Shown here in pieces: positions 8,823 through 19,025 of a DNA stretch of 64,000 nt. The translations under genes and the position numbers were made by a program. Origin of the DNA: Treponemataceae bacterium (GTDB taxonomy: Bacteria; Spirochaetota; Spirochaetia; Treponematales; Rectinemataceae); the NCBI GenBank assembly GCA_963678065.2, contig CAXXVZ010000005.1:960001-1024000 (forward strand). The letters run 5' to 3'. Positions within the stretch are counted from its first letter, which is position 1; each line of letters begins with the position of its first letter. Below the pieces are notes generated by a model, which ran no database searches, was not told where the DNA came from, and saw nothing but the letters and a program-made list of their open reading frames with translations.

Positions 8823-10094
8823 ATGAAAGGCAAACTGTTACTGGCAGCGCTGATCCTTTCGCTGTTCGGACTGCCCCAGGTTTTCGCTCAAGGCAAGCTT
8901 TCGGGCAAAGTCGTCATCTATCACTACATGTCGCAGAAAGTGAAGAACGAAGGCTTGGCCGCCCTCGAGAACGAATTCAAAAAGACCTATCCCGATGTCA
9001 CCTTCGAGAACAACCTCGTCGTGCAGACGAACTACTTCAGCACGATCCGCCAGCTGGTCGCCGCGGGTGAGACCCCCGACATCATCATGGGACAGCCCTC
9101 CCAGTATCCGGACATCATAGCGACCGGGGCCATCAAGGATCAGACAAACGAATCCTTCGTCAAATCCGCGAGCCTTTCGAAGGGCGATATCAACGATTCT
9201 TCCTATCAGGGCAAGATGTACGCCTTCCCCTTCGATTTCAAGTCATACGGAATTTTCTACAACAAAGAGATCTTCAAGAGACTCGGCCTCTCCGTTCCCA
9301 AAAACCACGCCGAACTCATCGCCGTCGCCGAGAAACTCAAGGCGGCGGGCATCGACCCCTTCATCCGCTGCTACGCCGACCAGGTTTTCCCGGACATCGA
9401 AGTCAGGGCCTACTTCTGGGCCACCCTCATCAAGAGCGGGCAGACCGACGCGTGGAAGCAACTCATGGCCGGCAAGAAGAAATTCGCCGACTATCCTGAG
9501 TGGACGAAAGCCCTCGAACTCTGGACCCAGCGGATGAAGTTCTCCAGGATCGACGACATGGTCAACGACCAGAGCAAGTCCTACGACCTCTTCGTGGGAG
9601 CCAAGGGCGCGATGCTCTACCAGGGCACCTGGAGCGCGGGCGACATCATGGCGCGCAATCCCAAGTTCGACATCGGATTCTTCGCAATCCCGACGGACAG
9701 GGGCGCAGGGAACTTCTGTCTCCAGGTAGACGACCTGTACATGGTGAACGGCCAGTCGGCCGGCGGCAAGATCGCCCAGAAGTTCATGGAGTTCTGCATG
9801 ACCCCGGCCGCGGCCACCATCTGGTCCAAAATCACCCTGCAGCCGAGCCTCGTGGCCGGCGTTGACACCAAGCCGCTTCCCGCATTCCTCCAGGACGTAA
9901 TCGCGGCCAAGGAAGCCAACCTCGTGGCCCATGCCGGCGAGTGGGACGCGCAGATCTACGGCGAGTTCGTCACCACATACCGCATGCTCCTCCAGGAGTA
10001 CGCCGCGGACCAGCTGTCCACGAAAAAGCTGACTCCTGCAACTTTCACTGATAAAATGCAGAAGGCATGGGACGCCATCGTAGCGACGAAGTGA
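8823..10094 (+). CDS. Sugar ABC transporter substrate-binding protein
   Basis: Signal peptide ending VFA, GETPDI, GIFYNKEIF, AMLYQGTW. AGGAGG RBS. Confidence 0.9.
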   Translation: MKGKLLLAALILSLFGLPQVFAQGKLSGKVVIYHYMSQKVKNEGLAALENEFKKTYPDVTFENNLVVQTNYFSTIRQLVAAGETPDIIMGQPSQYPDIIATGAIKDQTNESFVKSASLSKGDINDSSYQGKMYAFPFDFKSYGIFYNKEIFKRLGLSVPKNHAELIAVAEKLKAAGIDPFIRCYADQVFPDIEVRAYFWATLIKSGQTDAWKQLMAGKKKFADYPEWTKALELWTQRMKFSRIDDMVNDQSKSYDLFVGAKGAMLYQGTWSAGDIMARNPKFDIGFFAIPTDRGAGNFCLQVDDLYMVNGQSAGGKIAQKFMEFCMTPAAATIWSKITLQPSLVAGVDTKPLPAFLQDVIAAKEANLVAHAGEWDAQIYGEFVTTYRMLLQEYAADQLSTKKLTPATFTDKMQKAWDAIVATK

Positions 10095-10276
10095 CCGTTT
10101 CTCTCCCGGCGGCTGCCTCGGCCCCTCGGCCTTCCGGCCGACATCGCTGCCGGGAATTCGACATTCGACCCTAGAAGACACAAGCGCTCCGCGGCCGCAG
10201 GGATCCTACGATTCATGCGGCCGCCGCCGCAGTACGGCAAACAGGGACCATTCTGACGGGAAGGGGAATCTGCCAG

Positions 10277-11134
10277 ATGAGAAAGAAAGATTTTAGGAAG
10301 AATTTAACCTACATCATGTTCGTCCTGCCCGCGTTCGCGTTTTTCCTGATCATCTACGTGATCCCGTTCATCCAGGGAATCCCGTACTCGTTCACGAACT
10401 GGAATGGCGTCAGCAAGGTCTACCGCTTCGTCGGTCTGAACAATTACAAGGCTCTGTTGTTGAATTCCGATTTCAGGGATGTTTTGGGCAACACACTGTA
10501 CTTCACGGCTTTCTACCTCGTGCTCTGCAACGCGCTCGGCCTCATATTCGCGCTGCAGCTCAGCGGAAACACGCGTTTCAACGCCTTCCTGCGAAGCGTC
10601 TTCTTCATACCCTTCGTCGTCGCGCTCGTGACGACAGCCTTCATCTGGCGATACCTCTACATGGACGTGTACTCCGTCATCCTCAAGCTTCCGAGCCCCT
10701 TGGGCATCGTGAGCCAGGCGATGATGGGCATCGTCTTCAACGCGGTCTGGCGCGACACGGGCTACTGCATGATCATCTACATCGCCGCCCTCCAGACCGT
10801 TCCCATGGAATACTACGAAGCCGCCGACATCGACGGCGCGGGAAGGATGCGGAAATTCATGTCGATAACCGTGCCCTGCATAATGCCCGCATTCACCGCC
10901 AACATAACCCTCATCCTTGCATGGGGACTCAAGCTCTTCGACTACCCGATGGCCGCGACGAGCGGAGGCCCCGGACGGGCCACGATGAGCGTGGCGATGT
11001 ACGTGTACAACAATCAGTTCAGCTACATGAAGGCCGGCTACGGACAGGCCGCCGCGATCATGATGACGATCGTGATGGTCATCATGAGCAGCGCCGTCAA
11101 TGTCCTTCTCAGGCGAAAAGAGGTAGAAGCATGA
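10277..11134 (+). CDS. Carbohydrate ABC permease (MalF type)
   Basis: Multiple TM segments, EAA loop YEAADIDGAG, TSGGPG. Confidence 0.93.
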   Translation: MRKKDFRKNLTYIMFVLPAFAFFLIIYVIPFIQGIPYSFTNWNGVSKVYRFVGLNNYKALLLNSDFRDVLGNTLYFTAFYLVLCNALGLIFALQLSGNTRFNAFLRSVFFIPFVVALVTTAFIWRYLYMDVYSVILKLPSPLGIVSQAMMGIVFNAVWRDTGYCMIIYIAALQTVPMEYYEAADIDGAGRMRKFMSITVPCIMPAFTANITLILAWGLKLFDYPMAATSGGPGRATMSVAMYVYNNQFSYMKAGYGQAAAIMMTIVMVIMSSAVNVLLRRKEVEA

Positions 11135-11982
11135 CGGCCGCACAGAGAAAGACACGGAAAACCATACTCTCCGCGTTCGCGAAAATCCCGATCGCCATCG
11201 TGGCGCTTTTCTGGATAGCGCCCTTCTACATCGCCGTCGTCTACTCGCTCAAGAGCAAAGAAGAGATCACCAACACCCTGTTCGCGTTTCCGACGCGGCT
11301 CTTTCTGGGAAATTTCCTTTCTGTCATAACCGAAAATCCGGCGTTCCTGAGCGGACTGAAAAACTCCATCATATCGACGATCATGACGGTCGCCATGCTC
11401 ACCATAATAACGCCGATGTGCTCGTACGTTCTCGCGAGGCGCAGCCACAGCAAGTTCTACGGATTCATCTACATGCTCATGGTCGGCGCCATCCTGATCC
11501 CCTGGCAGGGCATCATGTTCCCGGTGTACGTCAATTTCAAATCCTTCGGGCTCACCAACACGGTCTGGGGCTATGTCATCGCGCGAATCGGCTTCCAGGT
11601 TCCGATCTGCATCCTGACGATGACAGGCTTCGTGAAGGGCATCTCCGTCGACCTCGAGGAAGCGGCCACGATCGAGGGCGCGGGGGTCTTCACCGTGTTC
11701 TGGCGAATCGTCTATCCCCTCATGCTGCCGGTCAACATCACGATTTTCATGCTCAACATCGTCTTCGCCTGGAACGATTTCAACGTTGCCCTCACGATGC
11801 TGCCGAAGAGCTACAGCCGGACCCTGCCGCTCGCCCAGTTCTACTATTTCGGCGATACGAACCTGGAGATCAATCTCGCCTTCGCCTTCTTCATCCTCTC
11901 GATGCTGCCGATAATCATCATCTACCTGTTCTGCCAGAAGTATATCGTGCGCGGCATAACGAGCGGCGCGATCAAGGGCTAG
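11131..11982 (+). CDS. Carbohydrate ABC permease (MalG type)
   Basis: LEEAATIEGAG, WNDF, GAIKG end. ATGA overlap at 11131. Confidence 0.93.
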   Translation: MTAAQRKTRKTILSAFAKIPIAIVALFWIAPFYIAVVYSLKSKEEITNTLFAFPTRLFLGNFLSVITENPAFLSGLKNSIISTIMTVAMLTIITPMCSYVLARRSHSKFYGFIYMLMVGAILIPWQGIMFPVYVNFKSFGLTNTVWGYVIARIGFQVPICILTMTGFVKGISVDLEEAATIEGAGVFTVFWRIVYPLMLPVNITIFMLNIVFAWNDFNVALTMLPKSYSRTLPLAQFYYFGDTNLEINLAFAFFILSMLPIIIIYLFCQKYIVRGITSGAIKG

Positions 11983-12071
11983 GAATCATATCGACGCATC
12001 CGGCACACTATGTCGACGCCCGGGACCGAAAACGCCGAACCGGGAGCGGAATACCGAGGACGGAGACTGTC

Positions 12072-13544
12072 ATGAAAATAGAAATACCCTTTGAATCCGG
12101 CCCCGTGGAGGCCGAACTCCCCGAGGGCACCAACATCCTGCGGATGGGCAGACATGCCCCGCCCACCGATCCCGGGGCCGCCGTGCGAGCCGCGCTGGCC
12201 GCACCGATCGGGAGCGATCCGCTGATCGCCATCGCGCGGCGCAAGCTGCGGCCTGGAGCCAGAGCCTGCATCGTCGTCTCCGACAAGACCCGCCCCGTGC
12301 CCTACAGGGGCCCGGGCGGCCTTCTGCTCCCTATTGTCGAGACACTCCATTCGGCGGGATACGCGTCGCGCGACATCACGATCCTCGTCGCCTGCGGCAT
12401 GCACACGGGGATGAGCCGCGAGGAACTCGTACGGATGCTAGGACCCGAGCCCTTCGATATGGGCATCGAGATTGTCAACCACGACTGCAAGGACGAAGAC
12501 TGCCTCGTTCACATCGGCCGGACTCTTCGGGGCACGGAGGCGCTGGTAAACCGCCGCTACATCGAGGCCGACCTGAAAATCCTCACTGGCCTCGTCGAGA
12601 GCCACTTCATGGCGGGAGCCTCCGGGGGCCGGAAATCCATATGCCCCGGACTTCTGGGCGAGGAAGGAACCCGGGTCTTCCACGGCGCCGAACTCATGTC
12701 ACACCAGAACACGGCGGACCTCGTCCTTCAAGGGAACCCGGTGCACGAGGAAGCGCTCGCGGTCGCGAAGTTGGCCGGCGCCGACTTCATCGCGAACGTG
12801 ATCGTCAATTCCGATTTCAGGATGACGGACATCTTCTGCGGCGAGCTCGAGGCGGCCCACGGCGCGGCCGTCGCCCGCCTGCGCGATCTTGTCGGCATCC
12901 CTGTCGACGAACCCTACGATCTCGTCGTCACGCACGGCGGATTCGTGGCGCAGAACCACTACCAGGCCGCCAAAGCCGCTGTCGCGTCGCTCGGTGCTCT
13001 TGCGACCTTGCGCGCGGACAGTGTCGGCAGCGCAGGCGGTGCGCAGGGGGCGGGCGGCGCACGCAGAGCGGATGGCGCTGACGGCGGCATCATCCTCGTG
13101 GCCGACAACAGAGACTCGGAGCCTGTGGGATCGGACCGATACCGCTGTGTACTCTCGCTCCTCAAGACTATCGGCCCGTACGCCCTGGATCGTGTCCTGG
13201 CCTCCCCCGACTGGAACTTCATACCCGACCAATGGGAAGTGCAGATGTGGGCGAAGGTGTTCAAGAGGGTGAAGATGGACGACTTCGTCTACTTCGCGCC
13301 CCAACTCGGCCCCGCCGACCGCCGCATCATCCCCGGCGTCGATGGCCGCGGACTTCTGGCCCCGGGCGCGCGCGGTGACCCGTGCGCCGAAGTGGCGGAG
13401 GTGGTCAGAAAGGCGGTATCGCGTTTCCTTGCCCGTCGGGGCATGACCGAGTCCGATGTGGCGTCCGGAAGAGTGAGAGTAGCGTGGCTGGCCGACGGAC
13501 CGTACGGGATACCGATAGGCCAGCTTCCGGGCGCGCGGGCGTGA
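12072..13544 (+). CDS. LarA-family (nickel-pincer) alpha-hydroxy acid racemase/epimerase
   Basis: VSDKTRP, ACGMH, NHD, ESHFMAGASGGRKSICPG, FHG, GNPVHEE, YQAAKA. Start at ATG 12072; the ORF-track extension from 11418 is spurious. Confidence 0.87.
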   Translation: MKIEIPFESGPVEAELPEGTNILRMGRHAPPTDPGAAVRAALAAPIGSDPLIAIARRKLRPGARACIVVSDKTRPVPYRGPGGLLLPIVETLHSAGYASRDITILVACGMHTGMSREELVRMLGPEPFDMGIEIVNHDCKDEDCLVHIGRTLRGTEALVNRRYIEADLKILTGLVESHFMAGASGGRKSICPGLLGEEGTRVFHGAELMSHQNTADLVLQGNPVHEEALAVAKLAGADFIANVIVNSDFRMTDIFCGELEAAHGAAVARLRDLVGIPVDEPYDLVVTHGGFVAQNHYQAAKAAVASLGALATLRADSVGSAGGAQGAGGARRADGADGGIILVADNRDSEPVGSDRYRCVLSLLKTIGPYALDRVLASPDWNFIPDQWEVQMWAKVFKRVKMDDFVYFAPQLGPADRRIIPGVDGRGLLAPGARGDPCAEVAEVVRKAVSRFLARRGMTESDVASGRVRVAWLADGPYGIPIGQLPGARA

Positions 13545-13564
13545 TATGGAGTGGCTAGCCGGCT

Positions 13565-15331
13565 TCAGCTCTCCGACAGGATTGTCTGGAGGCCGAACTG
13601 GGCCTCGTAGAGCGCCGCATAGCGTCCTTTTTTTGCCAGCAGCTCTTCGTGCGTGCCTTTTTCCCGGATGCCTTCATCGTCGATAAAGATGATCTCGTCC
13701 GCATTTTTTATGGTCGAGAGGCGGTGGGCGATCACGAGGCTCGTGCGGCCGCGCGCGAGTTCTTCCAGGGATCTCTGGATGTGAAGTTCGGTGGCCGTGT
13801 CGAGGGCCGAAGTGGCCTCGTCGAGGATGAGAATGGGCGGGTTCTTGAGGAATATGCGGGCGATGCTGATGCGCTGTTTCTGCCCGCCCGAGAGGAGAAC
13901 GCCCCGCTCGCCGACATTGGTGTCGTAGCCGGCTGGCAAGGATGTTATGAATGTGTGGATGTTGGCGCGCTGCGCCGCGGCGACGATCTGGGCGTCGCTC
14001 GCGTCGAGCTTGCCGTAGCGGATGTTCTCGCGGATCGTGTCGGCGAAGAGGAAGACGTCCTGCTGCACGATTCCGATATGCTCGCGCAGGGAGGCGAGGC
14101 GGATGTCCCTGATATCCCTGCCGTCGATCAGAATTGCGCCTTCTTCTATTTCGTAGAAGCGCGGGATGAGCCTGCAGAGCGTGGTTTTCCCTCCGCCCGA
14201 GGGGCCGACGAGGGCCACCGTGCGCCCGGCGCCGATCTTCAGGTCGACATGGCCGAGGACGCTCACGCCATTTTCGTAGGAGAATGAGACATCGCGCAGG
14301 ATGATCTCGCCTGCGACTTTGTCGAGCTCCACCGCGTCCACTCTGTCCCTGATCTCGGGCTCCACCCGCATGAGTTCCACGAAGCGCTCGAAGCCGGCCA
14401 TGCCCGTCGTGTACTGCTCGAAGAACGAGACCAGCTTCTTGATGGGCTGCAGGAAGGTGTTGACGTAGAGAGTGAAGGCGATGAGGTCGCCGTAGTCCAT
14501 GGAGCCCAGCATGACGAAGCAGCCGCCCGCGCCGATGACGAGGACATTGAGAATGCTCGTCGCGAATTCCATGCCGCCGTGGAAGACGCCCATGGCCTTG
14601 TAGAAAAGCCCCCTGGCCTCGCGGTAGAGCTTGTTCCCGTCCAGGAATTTCTGGATCTCGTAGTCTTCGTTCGCGAAGGCTCTCGTCACCCTGATGCCCG
14701 AAATGCTGCTCTCGAGATTGGCGTTTATTCCCGCCGTCTTTTTCTTGACCTCGATCGAGGCATCCGAGAGGATCAGGCGGCGCCGGGCGGTAAAGACGAT
14801 AATTATGGGGATGACGAGGACGAGTATCAGGGCGAGCTGCCAGCATATGAAGGTCATGGCGATGAAAGAGCCCGTCAGCGTGATAAAGGAGATGAAGAGA
14901 TCCTCGGGGCCATGGTGGGCGAGTTCGACGATTTCGAAGAGATCGCTCACGACGCGGGACATGAGATGGCCCGTCCTCGTCCGGTCGTAGAAGCGGAAAG
15001 AGAGCTTCTGCAGGTGGGCGAAGAGGTCGCGGCGAATGTCCGTCTCCATCCGGACACCGAGAAGATGTCCCCAATAGGTTACGACATACTGGAGAATGGC
15101 CCGGATGGCGAAGGCCAGCAGGGACAGGACGATCACCGTGATGAATGCGGCCCAGGCTTTGTTCGGTATCAGTTGCTGGAGGGAGTAGCGCGAGACCATG
15201 GGGAAGGAGAGATCGATGAGGGCGATTCCCAGGGCGCAGGAGAGATCGAGGAAAAAGAGTTTGCGGTGAGGTTTATAATATCCGATGAAGATCGAAAGCT
15301 TACTTTTGTCCGGGAATGCGCTTGAGTCCAT
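13565..15331 (-). CDS. ABC exporter, fused permease/ATPase (MsbA-like)
   Basis: TMD plus Walker A GPSGGGKT, LSGGQKQR, ILDEATS, AHRLST. Confidence 0.92.
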   Translation of the reverse strand: MDSSAFPDKSKLSIFIGYYKPHRKLFFLDLSCALGIALIDLSFPMVSRYSLQQLIPNKAWAAFITVIVLSLLAFAIRAILQYVVTYWGHLLGVRMETDIRRDLFAHLQKLSFRFYDRTRTGHLMSRVVSDLFEIVELAHHGPEDLFISFITLTGSFIAMTFICWQLALILVLVIPIIIVFTARRRLILSDASIEVKKKTAGINANLESSISGIRVTRAFANEDYEIQKFLDGNKLYREARGLFYKAMGVFHGGMEFATSILNVLVIGAGGCFVMLGSMDYGDLIAFTLYVNTFLQPIKKLVSFFEQYTTGMAGFERFVELMRVEPEIRDRVDAVELDKVAGEIILRDVSFSYENGVSVLGHVDLKIGAGRTVALVGPSGGGKTTLCRLIPRFYEIEEGAILIDGRDIRDIRLASLREHIGIVQQDVFLFADTIRENIRYGKLDASDAQIVAAAQRANIHTFITSLPAGYDTNVGERGVLLSGGQKQRISIARIFLKNPPILILDEATSALDTATELHIQRSLEELARGRTSLVIAHRLSTIKNADEIIFIDDEGIREKGTHEELLAKKGRYAALYEAQFGLQTILSES

Positions 15332-15522
15332 GCTGGATACCTTGGCCTTTCCTGTCAGCCGGGATTCCCCACATGGCTCGCCATTCCTGTAAATCCCGCG
15401 AATCTCTTTAAATCTTGCTCTGATTTTACTTCGTACGGGAATCATGTCAAGGCACACGCAGGCGAAGCGATCGGATCCGTTATTTGGGGCCATAATTCCG
15501 TCAAAGACGCTGATTCCACGAA

Positions 15523-15538
15523 TTGATTATGTCGATCA
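15523..15538. promoter_or_regulatory. Candidate DeoR operator copy 1 (TTGATT-N5-GATCA)
   Basis: Part of the palindrome ATTGAT-N7-ATCAAT upstream of deoR. Matches the copies at 16622 and 19921. Confidence 0.55.
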
Positions 15539-15618
15539 ATATGAATGGTAAATTTGCTTCACTTTTGACTACTACGCTCATTGCAGTTGACGTATGGAAC
15601 GGAATGATGTATGAATAG

Positions 15619-16401
15619 ATGGTGAAACTTACCAAAGAGACCAGGCAGATCGTTCTGAATTCGCTGGAAGAACACACCAAACTCAATGTTATCGAAGTAT
15701 CGAAGCTGATCGATGTCTCGGAAGCCACGACTCGACGGCTTTTTGTGCAGCTGGAAAAAGAAGGGCTCGTAATCAGGACTTTCGGCGGAATCCAGCTTCG
15801 TCGATCGAGCGGCGCGAGCTATTCCTTCAACCTGTCTTCTTCCCTGCATACACGCGAGAAAATAGCTATCGGCAATCGCGCCATCCTGGAGGTTTCGGCC
15901 GGAGATCAGATTTTTCTCGATTCCGGGACGACGGTTCTGGCGATGGCGCAGTGTCTTGCGCGACGGATGGAATCGGAACGAATTGAAGATGTGCGAATAT
16001 TGACAAATTCGCTCATTCTGACCGACCTGCTGACGCCGTACTGCAAAGTGGTTCTGATCGGTGGGGAAATCCGTCCGGAGCGACGCGACACCTGCGGCTT
16101 CGTGGCCGAAGAGATGCTCAAGCGACTCCATGTAAAAAAAGCCTTTCTGGGTTGCGATGCCCTGCACTTTACCAGCGGCTTCATGACGACGGACGAACGC
16201 ACGGCGCGGATGAACGAGATCATCATCGCCAACGCATCCAAAGTCTATATACTCGCCGATTCTTCCAAAATCGGCGAAACCTCCTTTGTGAGCTACAGCA
16301 CTTTCGACCGTATTGACGCCTGTATCGTCGATTCGGCGCTGAATGCCGAACAGAGGGAGAAGCTGTCGGCCAGGGTCGGCCAGCTGATCATCGCGGACTG
16401 A
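15619..16401 (+). CDS. DeoR/GlpR-family transcriptional regulator
   Basis: VSEATTRR HTH, RTFGG, IFLDSGTT, TNS, ADSSKIG. Confidence 0.93.
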   Translation: MVKLTKETRQIVLNSLEEHTKLNVIEVSKLIDVSEATTRRLFVQLEKEGLVIRTFGGIQLRRSSGASYSFNLSSSLHTREKIAIGNRAILEVSAGDQIFLDSGTTVLAMAQCLARRMESERIEDVRILTNSLILTDLLTPYCKVVLIGGEIRPERRDTCGFVAEEMLKRLHVKKAFLGCDALHFTSGFMTTDERTARMNEIIIANASKVYILADSSKIGETSFVSYSTFDRIDACIVDSALNAEQREKLSARVGQLIIAD

Positions 16402-16621
16402 AAAACCCGATTGGGCCCTGCGCTTTTCGATACTCCTTGCGCTGGAATGGCGAATCCCGACCACAGCGAAAATCTCCGGGTCCAACAGAAGGGTCGCCCG
16501 CAAACTGCGGGTCCGAAATTCGTCGATCCATAATCCAGCCCCGATGGTACAAGCACACGTTTTTATCATGCAATATTTAATTACCTCGCTGTGCTGCTGC
16601 TTGGTGTTTATGATAGAGAAA

Positions 16622-16693
16622 TTGATTGGAAAGATCACAATTTTGATTAAAAATAAAATAAAGTTGACAGATTGTATCTTTCGGGTTTAGCAT
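16622..16693 (+). promoter_or_regulatory. Operator copy 2 (TTGATT-GGAAA-GATCA, 16622-16637) and promoter TTGACA-18-TAGCAT
   Basis: AT-rich stretch upstream of the SBP gene. Confidence 0.55.
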
Positions 16694-16726
16694 TGTTCCA
16701 TCTCATTTGACGATGGAGGAGATCGC

Positions 16727-17989
16727 ATGAAAAAAACCTGTTTCACACTTATGCTGATTCTCATGGTCGGCGTTTCATTGTGGGCGGCTCCGAAAGTGAC
16801 ATTGCGCATCATGTCGCCTGCCAGTGATTTTACCGATGAGTGGATCAAGTCCTGGAATACGGCCAATCCGGATATCCAGCTGATACGGGAAGAAGTGGAC
16901 CAGACCAAATGGATAGCCGATTATCTGGCGGGATCTCCGGCGGATATCATCAATCTCGGCAGCGGCGCCGATATCCCCTATTTCGCGAAGCGCGGACTGC
17001 TTCTCGATCTGACCAAGTACTTTTCGGGCAGCAAGAAAATCTCCAACGACATCGATAAAGAGGGCTCTGGTTCCTATTTCTTCGAGAAGAAATGGTATGG
17101 ACTTCCCAAAGACTACAACAATGTGACAGCCATCACCTACAACAAGGAAATATTCGACAAAGCCGGCGTTCCGTATCCGAGCGCGACCGTACCGATGACG
17201 TATACCGAATTTTTCGCCCTGGCGAAAAAACTCGCGCAGCCGGCGAAGGGCATTTTCGGGACTGAAGTCCATGGAGGCTGGCAGACCTTTATCGCGAGCG
17301 ACATGGCATACATGATCGGCAAGACCCTCCACACCAATAATCAGACCAAGATGAACGAGGATCCCGCGGTCCGCGACATCTGGAAATACTTCCTCAGACT
17401 GAGAAAGGAAGGAATCTCCAGCAATCTGACGAATACGCTGAGCGGCTGGGCGGGCAGCGCCTTCCAGGCAGGCAACATCGCCATGGTTCAGCTGGGCTAT
17501 TGGTACGGCGCATCGTGCGCCGGCGTTCCCGGCTATGTCGACAAATACGGCTGGGCTCCCGCCCCCATTATGGCCAAGGGCGGCACGAGAGTCACGGACA
17601 GTCTCGGAGCGACAGGTTTCGTAATCAGTTCCAAGACCAAGTATCCGGCAGAGGCCTTCAAGGTCTTCGAATGGTACATGGCCGACAAGCCCGGAATAGA
17701 GCGCGCATCGACGGGCTGGGGAATTCCTCCCCTCAAATCCCTTCAGGGCCTGCTCCCGGCCGCCAACAAGTTCGACAAGGGCAGAAAAGACATAGCCCTC
17801 GAGGAAGTGAAGTACATGCGGCCCCCGCAGACTTCCTGGTACACCAGGACCACCGTATATGCGAATTTCTGGGCGGAAGCCGAACGGGAATATCTGTCCG
17901 GAAAATTGACTGAAGACCAGGCGATCGACATGTACTACAAAGACATGAATGCGGCTCTGGTGCTGGGCAAGGAAGAGATCGGCGACTGA
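16727..17989 (+). CDS. Sugar ABC transporter substrate-binding protein
   Basis: Signal peptide SLWA, YGLPKD, YNKEIFDKAGVPYP, FQAGNIAM. GGAGG RBS. Confidence 0.9.
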   Translation: MKKTCFTLMLILMVGVSLWAAPKVTLRIMSPASDFTDEWIKSWNTANPDIQLIREEVDQTKWIADYLAGSPADIINLGSGADIPYFAKRGLLLDLTKYFSGSKKISNDIDKEGSGSYFFEKKWYGLPKDYNNVTAITYNKEIFDKAGVPYPSATVPMTYTEFFALAKKLAQPAKGIFGTEVHGGWQTFIASDMAYMIGKTLHTNNQTKMNEDPAVRDIWKYFLRLRKEGISSNLTNTLSGWAGSAFQAGNIAMVQLGYWYGASCAGVPGYVDKYGWAPAPIMAKGGTRVTDSLGATGFVISSKTKYPAEAFKVFEWYMADKPGIERASTGWGIPPLKSLQGLLPAANKFDKGRKDIALEEVKYMRPPQTSWYTRTTVYANFWAEAEREYLSGKLTEDQAIDMYYKDMNAALVLGKEEIGD

Positions 17990-18016
17990 GCTTTCTCATG
18001 CCGGAGGAATGAACGA

Positions 18017-18042
18017 ACCCCGGAGCAGAGCAGCTCCGGGGT
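18017..18042 (+). other. GC-rich stem-loop after the SBP gene (mRNA stabiliser or attenuator)
   Basis: ACCCCGGAGC-agagca-GCTCCGGGGT. Confidence 0.6.
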
Positions 18043-18086
18043 ATGGACCCGCATGCGAATCAGGGAATTCTTTAATGAGGACGTGA

Positions 18087-19025
18087 ATGATGCCAAACAA
18101 GAAAGCCGGCATGCTGGTGGAAAGGGAAAAACGAAAATCCTTCTATCTATTCATGGCATTGTGGATCGTGGGATTTTCGGTTTTCCAGGTGATACCCATA
18201 CTCTGGGGATTCAAAACAAGCCTGACCAACCAGATGGCATTTTCGGTGAAGGTAAAATATGTCGGTTTCCTGAATTATATAAAAATACTGTCCGACTCCT
18301 CCGTTTTCTACTCGATCTACACGACCTTTCTCTTTTCGTTCCTGAACACGGTCATCCAGGTTTCGCTCGGGTTCTTCCTGGCGCTGCTCGTGAACAAGAG
18401 ATCGAAAGGGCAGAGTTTCTTCAGGGTCATGTACTATCTGCCCTATGTAATACCGGTCGTCGCGACCGGATGGATCCTGCGGGTATTCTTCGACAAGAAT
18501 ATCGGAACATTCAACATTCTGCTCTCGAGCCTGCACCTGATCGATCACAATATCAGCTGGTTGGGCGATCACCCGCTGTTCACCGTCCTCACGGCAGGAT
18601 TCTGGCGCGTCGGATGGAGCCTTCTGATTTTCCTCGGGGGGCTGTCCACCATTCCGCAGGACCTATACGACGCGGCCGATGTGGATGGAGCCGGCTATTT
18701 CCGGAAAATGGGAATCATCACCCTTCCCATGCTGAGCCCCTTCATCGCGTTCCAGAGCATCGTGAGCTTCATCTATGGGATGCAGGAATTCATCCTGCCC
18801 TACATTCTGAATCCGACCGCCATACGGGGGGCCCAGGTTACGATGCAGGTTCCTCCCAAGGAAACATTTTTCATCCTCGCGAAGGGATACGACCTCATTT
18901 TCAACAAAGGAAGACTCGCCTACGGTTTCGCGGTTCTGTGGGTCACCTTCCTGATCATTTTCATAATGAGCCTGATATACGCGTACATCGAGAAAAAGAC
19001 GACGTACTCGGAGATGGACAATTAA
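18087..19025 (+). CDS. Carbohydrate ABC permease
   Basis: TM segments, LYDAADVDGAG, ITLPMLSP. Confidence 0.92.
   Translation: MMPNKKAGMLVEREKRKSFYLFMALWIVGFSVFQVIPILWGFKTSLTNQMAFSVKVKYVGFLNYIKILSDSSVFYSIYTTFLFSFLNTVIQVSLGFFLALLVNKRSKGQSFFRVMYYLPYVIPVVATGWILRVFFDKNIGTFNILLSSLHLIDHNISWLGDHPLFTVLTAGFWRVGWSLLIFLGGLSTIPQDLYDAADVDGAGYFRKMGIITLPMLSPFIAFQSIVSFIYGMQEFILPYILNPTAIRGAQVTMQVPPKETFFILAKGYDLIFNKGRLAYGFAVLWVTFLIIFIMSLIYAYIEKKTTYSEMDN

Noticed and set aside
11418..12071. N-terminal extension making LarA 708 aa
   Set aside because: It is an off-frame overlap with the permease and is Arg/His/Pro-rich. The real start is 12072.
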